A DNA stretch of 64,000 bases from Ignavibacteriota bacterium (GTDB lineage: Bacteria; Bacteroidota; Ignavibacteria; UBA10030; CAVZMI01), in the NCBI GenBank assembly GCA_963776275.1, contig CAVZMI010000023.1, positions 64,001-128,000 on the forward strand, read 5' to 3'. A program made the translations under genes and the position numbers. Below the pieces are notes generated by a model. The model had not been told where the DNA came from. It saw nothing but the letters and a program-made list of their open reading frames with translations, and did not search any database. Below, one piece after another: positions 1 to 10,700 of the stretch; positions within the stretch are counted from its first letter, which is position 1; the number at the start of each line of letters is the position of its first letter.

Positions 1-99
1 AAGAACCGGTCTATTATTTATAAAGCTCTTGGACAAAAGGGTGAAGCTGACGAAGATCTTCGGAAGGCAGGTCTACTGCTAATAAACAAGCCAAAGTAA
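1..99 (+). CDS. 3' end of a TPR-containing (TMTC-like) protein, partial; paralog of 1704-3828
   Basis: Frame 1 reads KNRSIIYKALGQKGEADEDLRKAGLLLINKPK*, matching the C-terminus of ORF 2527-3828 (KNRSIVYKAMGEKRKAEEDVRKADLLLISRSKPK). Confidence 0.8.
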   Translation, partial: KNRSIIYKALGQKGEADEDLRKAGLLLINKPK

Positions 100-169
100 G
101 GGAGAGACGTGAAGGTGGCTGTAGAGAAGGAAAAAGTAAAAATTAAAAAGTAAAAAGTTAACCCCGAGT

Positions 170-1314
170 TGTACTGCTAAAGAGTCAAGTTAACAGTTTT
201 TGAAATTGTTGTCGTAAAGCACTATGTTTAGATTTAAATACATCAATCGGAATAGCCCCTTTTTTAGCTAGTCCGAAGTGAGCACGTTGAAAATTATAAT
301 ACCATAAATATTTATCAAGAGCTTGTTGTAACTCTGGAAGAGAATTGAAGAATCGAGTACGGAACATTGGTTGATAGAACTCTTCCAGGATTGTTCTTTG
401 AAAACGTTCACAGGTGCCATTAAGGATCGGCTTGCCTTTGGGTATTCGATTGTGCTTGATATCATAAGCAGCAAGCATACGCTGGAATTGACTGCCGGTG
501 AACTCAGTGCCATTATCCGTCAGTACATACTCGAGATTGATACCGTTGTCGTAGAACTTCGGGATAAGCACATTTTCGACCAAATCGATCGTTGCTGATT
601 GATCTTTACGAGTGTAGAGTTTTGCCCAGCCATAGCGAGAGCACAGATCAATACCAGAGATCTGGTAGATTCGTCCAACACGCTTGAGATGACCCACGTA
701 AAAGGTATCTAGAGCGACAATATGCCCCGGCCAGAGTCCTTCATTGACTTTGTTGATCTGACGTTTCATCACGCGTAACGTTTGTTCGGTCAATGGTCGG
801 TTGTCCATACGAGCACGTTCAAGATAGACCAATCGTTGATAGCGACGATTCAGACCAAAACGCTTTAGGTGGTACCAGAGCGCCACATGAGTAACGGAAA
901 TGCCTTGCTGTTGAAAAATATAGGCATATCGTCGTGGTCCCCATGCTGGATGTTCTTGGACGAGTTCTAGTAAGAGTTTTTTCTTGCTCAGTGCCATCTC
1001 ATTGGGCATTTTAGGCTTTCGTCGTACCTTTGGAGCTAATGACCCTGTTTTGATGAACTGTGCTTTTATTTTGTAGAAGCTCGTTCGGCTCATCCCAAAA
1101 GTACGGCATGCTTGGCTCACACCGTGACGTTCAGCGTAGATTAATAACGATCGACGCTGGTTAATGATCAGATCGTCTGTGGTCATTGGAGATCTCCCGG
1201 TTGTCCTTGTGTCCTATCCAGACACAAGTATACGACAACTCGAACTCCTTCCAATGACCTTCATTTCAAAGAACAGTTAACTGATGTGTGTAAACACATC
1301 TCCTTAATAATACA
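170..1314 (-). mobile_element. IS481-family insertion sequence, apparently complete
   Basis: TGT...ACA ends. Imperfect ~26-bp terminal inverted repeats (tgtactgctaaagagtcaagttaaca vs tgtattattaaggagatgtgtttaca). Flanking direct repeat CCCGAGT at 163-169 and 1315-1321. One transposase ORF. Confidence 0.85.
185..1186 (-). CDS. IS481-family DDE transposase (N-terminal HTH + rve integrase core)
   Basis: HTH (GVSQACRTFGMSRTSFYK) and DDE-core motifs LDTFYVG, LTDNGTEF, NGTCERFQRT, YNFQRAH. Confidence 0.92.
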   Translation of the reverse strand: MTTDDLIINQRRSLLIYAERHGVSQACRTFGMSRTSFYKIKAQFIKTGSLAPKVRRKPKMPNEMALSKKKLLLELVQEHPAWGPRRYAYIFQQQGISVTHVALWYHLKRFGLNRRYQRLVYLERARMDNRPLTEQTLRVMKRQINKVNEGLWPGHIVALDTFYVGHLKRVGRIYQISGIDLCSRYGWAKLYTRKDQSATIDLVENVLIPKFYDNGINLEYVLTDNGTEFTGSQFQRMLAAYDIKHNRIPKGKPILNGTCERFQRTILEEFYQPMFRTRFFNSLPELQQALDKYLWYYNFQRAHFGLAKKGAIPIDVFKSKHSALRQQFQKLLT

Positions 1315-1469
1315 CCCGAGTACACTGAAGACGTATCGAGTGGTAAAAAGTAAAAAATCTTGTTTATTGTCAAGAAGTCTATTATGCCTCGGGAGGAGCG
1401 ACTCCCTTGTAACATGCTCTTTTTTATTCGGCCCGTTCCGAGGGAGCTGTGCTCCCGAGGGTAGTTGGA

Positions 1470-1590
1470 TCGAGGCCAAGAAGAAGTTGTGAATTACGAG
1501 TTGCGAATTGTGAATGGTCGAAGGTTGTTTCAACAGCCAGGTGGCCGAGCGTCCGCCCCGCTTTTAGCGGGCCGGAACGTCGAGGCCACC
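1470..1590 (+). repeat. Composite dispersed repeat: heptamer run + short hairpin + GGTGGCCGAG..TCGAGGCCACC REP-like palindrome
   Basis: Homologous to the repeat units downstream of tRNA-Val (57401-57479). Confidence 0.7.
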
Positions 1591-1703
1591 TGTGTAAAGT
1601 CGAAAAACACTATAGTTCAATATCTTTGGTATATGGATTGTTTCCCTTCCCGTCCTGTGGGCAGGACAGGACTCGGGAAACTGGCAATTGTAAATTGTGA
1701 ATT

Positions 1704-3828
1704 GTGAAGAACTCAATTAAAAACAAACGATCGGAGAATGATATAACAGCGACCGACGCCGTGGGGCCGGCATTTTCCATTGTGCTGTTGTGTCTGGCAG
1801 GAATACTCGTCTATTCTAATACGTTTACAAACTCTTTTCATCTTGATGATGCAACGATCATCGTTGAGAATAACACCATCCGTGAACTTGATAATTTCGA
1901 TGCACTCTGGCATAAAACGCCGACCAGAGTTTTTTCATGCTGGACTTTTGCATTAAATTATCATTTTGGCGGTCTAAACGTTTTCGGTTATCATCTCGTC
2001 AATATCGTCATCCATATTCTTTCGGGAATAGCTCTCTGGTGGTTGATTCAACTTCTTTTCAAAACACGAGTGCTGAGAAGAACTTCTGCCTACCGGTATA
2101 AAACAATACTCTCACTAGGCGGGGCACTCCTTTTCATTGTGCATCCGGTGCAGACACAGGCAGTCACTTATATCGTGCAGCGCATCGCATCTCTGGCAAC
2201 GTTATTATATCTTGTTTCACTGGCGTGCTATGTCAGAGCGCGATTGGAGCAGCAGAAAAAAAATATTAGAATCGCGTTCTTCCTTTCATCAATCTTCTCG
2301 GCATTTCTGGCAGTGTTTTCGAAAGAGACATCATACACGCTGCCCCTGGCCGTTGTATTGTTTGAAATCTTCTTTATGGACGAGGAATCCCGTATCCGAA
2401 AATTAATAATATATTTTGGTGTCGGTACAACAATAGCCGTCCCACTGCTTTTTTATTTCTTGGGGAAAATAGAGGTAACACAAACCCACGATATAACGCA
2501 GCCAATACCTGCTTACTCAATTCACAGTGATCCCTGTCTATATGAGATTATTGGTCCTTCCCATTAATCAGAACCTTGATTATGATGTCGCAGCGGTGAA
2601 ATCTTTTTCAAATCTTTGGGCGTGGTCAGGACTTACCCTTATCCTCGCTGTTCTAGCGGTCGGTTTTTTTCTCTATCGACGATATCGTTTACTCTCATTC
2701 GGTATCTTCTGGTTCTTCTTGACCCTGACGATCGAATCGAGCATTTATCCGATCACTGATGTAATGTTCGAACACCGGCTCTATCTGCCAATGGCCGGAT
2801 TCTGCTTCATATTTATTGCGCTCTTTGAGGAAGCAAGCAAAATTTTCTCTCGTCACGTGATTAAATTTGCCGCGGGGATAATCATTCTTGTTTTTGCCGT
2901 ATCAGCCTATGCCAGAAATGAGGTTTGGAAGGAGGAGATATCGTTGTGGAATGATTGTGTTGAAAAGTCACCGGCCAAAATACGCCCACACATGAACAGG
3001 GGAACGGCATATCAGAAGAAGGGAATGCTCGATAAGGCCATGCAGGATTATGAGACCGTTCTCAGATTGGCACCCGACAACTGGACGGCTTTGAGTAATA
3101 TAGGATCGATATACGAGATGAAGGGTGATTATGATAAAGCTATCGATATGTACACAAGATCCATCGTTGTCAATAAGGGGAAAACAGCAGAGACGTTCTA
3201 CAGCCGCGCCAATAACTATATAAAGAAGGGATTCTATGTGGAAGCAATTCATGATCTCGATGTATACCTCAGAAAAAAACGCGACAATGCCGGGGGGTTC
3301 TATAGCCGCGGCGGTCTTAAACGGCTGCTGCATGATTCAGAGGGAGCGATAGCCGATTTCACCCGGGCAATTGCGCTCGATTCTTCACAGGGCATCTACT
3401 TCTTTGAAAGGGGCGCTCTGTACGATCAGGCCGGCCGGTTTGATGAAGCGATGTCGGATTATGAAAAGGCTATTCAAAGAAGTTCCCATAGCTTCGATTG
3501 CCACATTAACAGAGGATTCATTCTGGCTCGACGCGGCAAGCTTAAAGAAGCGATCGAAGAATATACTCTCGCCTTACAGGATAAACCAAATTCAGTTCAC
3601 GTTCTGTGTGACCGGGGACTAACAAGATATAAGAATCGAGAATATCAAGAAGCACTCGACGATCTGAATAAAGCTATACAGTATGATTCGCTTTCTCCGC
3701 TGCTCTACAAGAATCGATCAATAGTCTACAAGGCAATGGGGGAAAAGAGAAAGGCCGAGGAAGATGTTAGGAAGGCGGATCTCTTACTTATAAGCAGGTC
3801 AAAGCCGAAGGGAAGAGCGGGACAATAG
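1704..3828 (+). pseudogene. TMTC-like membrane glycosyltransferase (GT-C type) with C-terminal TPRs; split by a frameshift near 2500 (possibly a sequencing error)
   Basis: ORF 1704-2567 has FHLDD, FGYHLVNIVIH, HPVQTQAVTYIVQR, SKE. The frame of ORF 2527-3828 continues QYLLTQFTVIPVYMRLL..NLDYD..FEHRLYLP..RNEVW followed by TPRs. Confidence 0.8.
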
Positions 3829-3844
3829 AATCGGCTATTGATAA

Positions 3845-4066
3845 GGAAAAAGTAAATCCTTCGACCCTTCGACTACGCTCAGGGCAGGCATGCTCAGGAC
3901 AAGAATTAAAAAGGAAAAAAGTTAACATAAACAGACCGACATAAAGACAACATAATACATTCAAACTTTCTCTTTTAGACTTTTTCTTAATTTCAAGCCA
4001 ATTGACTCATTAAAGGGAACACACACCATCTCACACTTTTTCCTTTCACCTTTTACCTTTTTCCTT
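3845..4066. repeat. Inverted heptamer-run arms with an inserted REP-like palindrome (CCCTTCGACTACGCTCAGGG)
   Basis: aggaaaa/agtaaa/aaaaagg runs on the left, cctttca/cctttta/ccttttt on the right, REP at ~3858-3903. Confidence 0.55.
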
Positions 4067-4114
4067 GTTTTAAGCTTTTTGACCCCCATCACGGCCATTC
4101 GCCTGCTTTTTTAC

Positions 4115-4241
4115 TTCCCGCACTTCTATCACCTGATTCCCGCACTTCACGGAAGAGCTTAGTATGAATTGAGCATAAAAACCCAATAAAATCGTTTAAA
4201 AACAACAATTTCTTGTTAATAATTACTGGCATAGTCTTTGG
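4115..4241 (+). promoter_or_regulatory. Paired direct-repeat operator (TTCCCGCACTTC x2, 22-bp period) with a downstream sigma54-like TGGCA-N6-TTG element
   Basis: Repeats start at 4115 and 4137; tggcatagtctttgg at 4227-4241. The same architecture recurs at 14216-14355. Confidence 0.5.
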
Positions 4242-4322
4242 GTATATTTAGAGATAACTCAGGATATGCAGTACTCCGTTATGAGTTGAGGAGGTCGACA
4301 GGGGAGGGCTTCCTCGGGAAGA

Positions 4323-4428
4323 AGTTAAGAGGTTTGAGGTTGAAAGTTGAAGGTTTAAGGTTGAAAGTTGAAGGTTGAGGGGTGGATAAGGGGGCTTGCC
4401 CCGAGTCCGCCGGAGGCGGATCGAAGGA
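4323..4428 (+). repeat. Heptamer tandem run (AGGTTGA/AAGTTGA) followed by a REP-like palindrome
   Basis: aggtttg aggttga aagttga aggttta aggttga aagttga aggttga, then ccccgagtccgccggaggcggatcgaagg. Confidence 0.65.
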
Positions 4429-4478
4429 CTAAGCAGCATTAAAATTGCGTTAATAATGTAATTCACTTAAAAAATCTC

Positions 4479-4507
4479 TTGACATAGATGTTGAGAATCT
4501 CTATATT
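4479..4507 (+). promoter_or_regulatory. Sigma70-type promoter of giant-protein operon copy 1
   Basis: TTGACA-17 bp-TATATT; conserved in copy 2. Confidence 0.75.
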
Positions 4508-4789
4508 AACACACATACTTTACGCTGGGAAGCTTACGATAGGGATTTACCAGGAAGCCGAAGCGGTGTGTCATATCTTATTTGCTAATCGATTTTTTCC
4601 TTTTGTAATTCGCAATAATATTATTTCATTCAATCAATTCACAACTTAATAATCACAGAGATAACTAAGGAGGTGATTTCTGCGCAACAAGGAATTTTGT
4701 TTTTTCTGAAGCCTTGATCACTTCAGAAGCCCAGGTTAGGGTACTATTTTCTGATCTCCTAAACAATACTCTATTTTTGGAGGAAACAA

Positions 4790-7700
4790 ATGAACTCAAA
4801 AAAACTTTTGAAAATTGGCGTACTGCTGGTAGCAATGCTGATGCTCGTTGCGGGCACATCATTTGCTTCAACCAAGTATTACGTCAACGTTCAAACCGGG
4901 TTGGACACCAAAGATGGTCTCACACCGGGTAATGCAAAGCATTCTATTATGAATGCTATTGCAGCAGCAGCTCCCGGTGATACCATCAGCGTCGACCAGG
5001 CAAACGGGAATCAATATCTCGAGGATGTCTATGTCGACAAGGTGCTCTATTTCACCTCTACAACTGGATCTCCGTCAGTGACAAACTGGCGAGTCAAAAT
5101 TGTAGCAGCCGTCGGGTCGGGGATTACAGGCAATAGGTGTACTTTCCTCGGTCCGTATACGCTTACGGGCGGCCTGGAAATTGAAAATGGCGAAATCTAC
5201 GGCGGTGGCAATCTCACGGTTGGAACGCAACTTGTACGGTATGGCGTAAATACAAGTACGCCAACACCAAATTATAGCACAGTAGTCCACGGTCAGATTT
5301 TGTTTACCCCATATGTGGATTTTTATGATTCCACGAATGGTTACAACATGACGACTGGGGAAGAGATGCCGCCGACAGCAGTTAGTGCCATGCACAATTT
5401 TACAACGACTGGTTCAGGTACTGTGACGTTGAATCAGAGTAAATGGATGAATGGTACATTGACTACAGGCGGAGTGTTAGCCTTAGGTTCAAGTATACTC
5501 ACAATCAACGCTCAAAGTCTACTACATTCGGTGGGCGGCAATATAACCGGCGCAGCGTCGGGTGGTACGCTGACGTTCACAATGAACGGCCCCACGACAA
5601 TCCAAGGCAATACATATACGCTACCGAATATCATTACTTCGGGTGGTTCGTACTTACTGACAATCGACGGTGCGACTGGCGGGATAGGAAATGTTACGTC
5701 CGGTGGAACAACGAGCATTACTATTCTAAACTTTGTCGGTGCAGCATCGACCAATGTTCTTGGTGACGTCACGAATAACAGCGCCCCAGGGACTATTACA
5801 CTGACCCTTGCTCAATATATCAAATCGTTGACGAATACAGGTAGCGGTCACATTCAAGTGGATGCTGCTGCGGCGATAGATGTTTCCGGAATCGTTTTAC
5901 AGTCCGGATCAAACGCCGCAAACAGCTATATTTCATTTACTAATACTGCTGCTACGGTATATGTTCACGGCAGTGTTACAAATTCAAATGCCGGATATAT
6001 CCTTTTCAACAACACTTCGGATGCAGCCACAACGATTCGCACCGGCGCTGTTTTGCAAAGTGGAACCGGTAGAATCCTATTCAACGGCGGCACAACTGCC
6101 AGCAGCGTATCGAATAACCCAGCTAGCTCATTAACATTAGCAACTGGGACCAAAGCTGTAGGTGATAATTACGCCGTTATTCGTTTTACAAGTGGTACTG
6201 GAATTGTAACGATTAATGGAAACGTTTCGAATATAGTTACATTTTCAGGATCGGCTACATATACTGCTACAGGCACAACAAACTGGACACATACGGGTGA
6301 GATCACGTTTGCAGCGACAGCTGCAGCGCTGACCATTACTGGTTACATTGATGTTTTCGCAACGGGTAATTATAATGCAGTTAGTGGAGGTGGATCTGCA
6401 CTCAATGCGACAGTGAGCACCAACGGTTCTGTCATTATTGCCTCTGTAGGCGGTAATGTAGCTATTAATGGCGGGATTAGAGACCGTACAAACTGGCCGA
6501 CTATTTCCAATGTCACATCTGTCGGTAATGGTATGGTCGACATATCGGCACGTACGACTGGTCATCTCGGTGAATCAGGTACACGCATTGGCGCGATTTC
6601 GAACACATCGTCAACGACAGGTGACTTGGTGCACGGCAATATTCTTCTTGGCGGTACACCAGACGGAGTTCCTTTCTACGGGTCCTCGATGATCTCGACC
6701 GGAGGACACGGCGGTCAGATACTTCTTGGTAACCAAACAGTTGATATGTCCCAGGGCGTTCTCAATCAACGCACGGAAAGTGCCTATCATATCCAATTTG
6801 GAAGTGCGCCGACACCGGGTATTGCTGTGTCGATCAGCGGCAATGTTCAGAATACAGGTAAATCGACAATTTATTTCAAGGTATTCCAGGGAAATGGCGG
6901 TGAGAATTTCCTGGCCGGGGGACTTATTTCAAGCGGTGCAAGCGGTAATATTCTTGTAGATGGTCCTTGCACAGATGCGAATGGACAATTCCGGCTTGGC
7001 AGTATCACACTTTCGAATGGTACTATTACTCTTGGAGACAGCGTAAGTGGACCCATAATGAATGTAATTGTCAGCACGCTCTACGGTACTGGCAATGTGA
7101 GTTTCACAGGAGGCACATTCAAAATGGGTACAACGGTTGCTCCTTGCGGTCGCCTTCTTGTACTCGATGGATACGCTCACAAATTCAGCTCTCCGACTAC
7201 AAGAACAGATTTCACTAGCGATAAAAACTGTCAGCTCCTTGTCCAGCGTGTTTCATCTTTCGTTGCGGCACAGACACTGACAGGCGACCTGACAGAAACT
7301 GTATGGCCGGGTACGTTATATATTAATAACCTTACCGGAGTTCCCGATAGCGACGCCGTGAAATTCGACGGCGGTAATTTCCGCATTCTGGATTCCGTGA
7401 ACTTCATGGCCGGCAAAGTCAGCATTAACAATATGCACATATTCATCGGCGGTCAGATACCCGGACCTACCGGTGTTGGAAACTTTATAAACGTTTCAAG
7501 TTACCACACAATAGCAGATGGATTTATTACCATGAATGGTAATAATGAAAGTGCTCCGGGACAGACAGTCGCTGGAGCCGGTTCATTCGGTAATTTTGAA
7601 GTTGATGTTGATTCTATCGTGACAGTAGAACCTAGTACTGGTCCATTCACGGCGATCTTCGGTCTTACAAAAGGTCGTGTATATGGTGGAACGGACGTTA

Positions 7701-10700
7701 GGTTCGATACACTCAAATTTACCGGTACCTGGCCGACTATTCGCCGTAATGCCGGTACATTCGATAGCGCACCAACGTTCGTCACGATGGTCAATGTGAT
7801 TTACATCGGCGTCGATAAAACGTCATCGAATGAGTTACCGGTTGCAACCGATAAGTTGTGGAACCTTACGGTTTCAACAACGAACGGTTTGCAAGCAGGA
7901 GCTGCCGGTAAAGGCACGGTACAGGTTACCGTAAATACAACCGTCAACGGTAAAATCAATGTGTATCCGGGTCAGGCCCTTGAGCTTTATGATGCCGATC
8001 TAACTATGAAGGGTGACTCGATCATACTTAACGGTGATATTGCAAGTTACGAGATGGAAGACGAGCTCTGGCTTATACGTCCGACCGGAACGATCATTAA
8101 AGGTGCGGGTGTTTTGCCGAATACGCACGTTGATACGGGTTCGGTTGGAAACGTGATCGACGGAGCTCAGGGTATAGCCATGTATCTTCTTGGTCCAAAT
8201 GGCTGGCGCGGCGGCGGCGATGACACTATTCCGGGTTATTCCGGGTTGCTCGTCGTTGGTAATTATGACAACACGCCTCCAGCAGGGATCACGTTGAAGT
8301 TTGGAGCCCCGAATTCCTCGTCAAAAGCACATATTGGCTGCTTTGATTACGTTGGATATTTTCCAGGCTTGATAGTCAAAAAGGCTGGAACTGTAACACT
8401 CGCAGCAGATGCGATTGTCAGAGGAATTAACCAATATGGAACAATCAATGTCGACGGATATACTTTAACCGATCGCAGCGCAGTCAGTTATTTTGGTAAT
8501 AGATCTGTTACCACAGGTTCGAGTATGGGTGTACTACGATTCGAACCGGATGACATGTTCGCGGCAATATCGGTTAAGACGCCGCCTGTTGATGCTAAAC
8601 GAAGCGCGGCGCTTGAGGCATTTGCAGCGAAATACATTCCGAAAAATTTGCCTGCAACAAAGATGACATTACCGGATGGTGAGATGAAATCTCTGAAATC
8701 TCCGCAACCAAGTCTAACTGTATCATGGCAGTGGCTTGAATTGTATGGCGTCAGTGATACCATTGTTACGATCAATACAAACGTCACACTGGCATCATCA
8801 GCTAATTTGCCCACCGTCAGAGGTATTTTGGAACAGTATAATGATTTCAAAATAACGGGAAATGTACGGCTCGATAGTCTGACGCGCTGGGATATGGAGG
8901 ATACATTGACATTAACTGGTCAGACGATCAGGGTAGCCAAAGGATGCAAATTCTGGACGAGTGGGTCAGCGCTTCATCTGAATCCGTCCACACCTCCGTT
9001 AATCTACACAACTAATAACAATCCGGAGGAGATTACCAATCTGATCGTTAGCAATAATGTGAAGATTACCGGCGGAACTTTCGAAGTATACAACTTACTT
9101 CATGATGGAGGCGTACTGGATTATAGCGATCCCGACATCAGAATTGATGGTATATTTACGCGAAGGGGTAATTCCAGCTATAATTGTGGTAATAACTGGT
9201 TTATCTTCGCAGGTACTACGTTCGATCAAGACACGACTGATATGACCCTGGTAAATCTTTCATTTGAAAGCACAGGGGCATCCGCTCTAATAAATAGGGG
9301 TATCGTGAACGTATCGAACAAGTTGAGACTTGCTGCGACTGACGCTTATGCGGTGGATATCAATAATACTCCGCCAACGGCAGGAGCAACCAGACTAGCG
9401 GTTGCCAATCAAGATACGGTAATTTATATTGGCGGTCGTTTTGACGTTAAACCCACTTATGGAGGCACGATAACACTTATCACACAGTTGACCACAAGTA
9501 AGGTCATTCATGAAACTGTATGGGCCTCCAACAGTGCATCGCTGGTCGACACTCTCATAATTGATAACGTAGGTAGCGGTGTTAAATCGTACATGCCAAC
9601 CTCGCCAAGGAGTTATCGTCAGATCAATAATTCTCTCGAGCTCAGAGTTGGTATACTATCATTGGATGGTGATACATTGAATCTGCCCGACACCTTAACG
9701 ATTCGCCGTCGTCAGACCGGATCGCTCGATCTAGACGGTGGGACGATTCCATGGCATTGGACCAATGTAGTGTACGAGCCGACAGCTGCTTCTCCAGATG
9801 GTAATATTAGCACAGGTCCTGAACTTCTATCACCTGTGAATAACCTTACAATCACGAAATACGGTACTCCAGCTCCGGGCAATGCACTAACTACCCTGAC
9901 TAGAGATCTCGTGGTTAATGGTACGCTTCGTGTGGCGAACAACTTCAGTATGGGTACCCATACTCTCGAGCTAGACGGTCACATGGTAGTAACAGCCCCG
10001 CAGTTGACGTTTAATGGTACGTTGATATTCGGTGGTTCGCTTCCAGTTCAGACAGTACAGTTGAATGGAACGCTCAGCCCCACTAACGTGATCATGCAAA
10101 AAACGGCTCAGGGCCTTGTCAATGTCTCGGGCGGTAATATGGATGTGGCACTCATGCTTACCTTCTACAATGGCATATTAAATATAACTCCACCGTCGGT
10201 TGTCATTATTCATAAGCCGGGAGGTGGTGGTCAAGGATTTGACCATTCGGGAGTTGTATATGGAACGTGTTTGAGTCACGTTCGTGGCAAGGTACGGCAA
10301 CAGGTTCCTGCCGGAGCGGGAAACATTTCAGACGGTCGGTTTGAGTTCCCTGTTGGAGGGTTAACGAGGACCAGTTATCGTCTGATAGCGTTCACATTCA
10401 CACAGAATTATCCGGTGATCAACACAACGAACATCGAGGTGATGAACGTTGATACGATACCGGAAGGTGTGAAGAACATGCCGATCAATGGTGGTTATGG
10501 CATAAAGATCAGGAACTATCCGAATTACTTCTGGTTAGTCAATGCGACGCCGTCGAGCTTCACGCAGACACAGCAATTTGACGTTGAGCTCCACGGAACA
10601 GACCTGATCTATCCTGATATATTGAAGGATGATCTGCGTATCATCCGTCGTCAGGATGGTAATGCATTAATCAACGGGTGGTTCATGCAGGGTGATTCAA

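Noticed and set aside
1261-1707. Short ORFs between the IS and the TMTC-like gene, and the many short antisense/overlapping ORFs inside long genes
   Set aside because: They overlap repeats, IS ends or well-supported genes and have no recognisable motifs (shadow ORFs).
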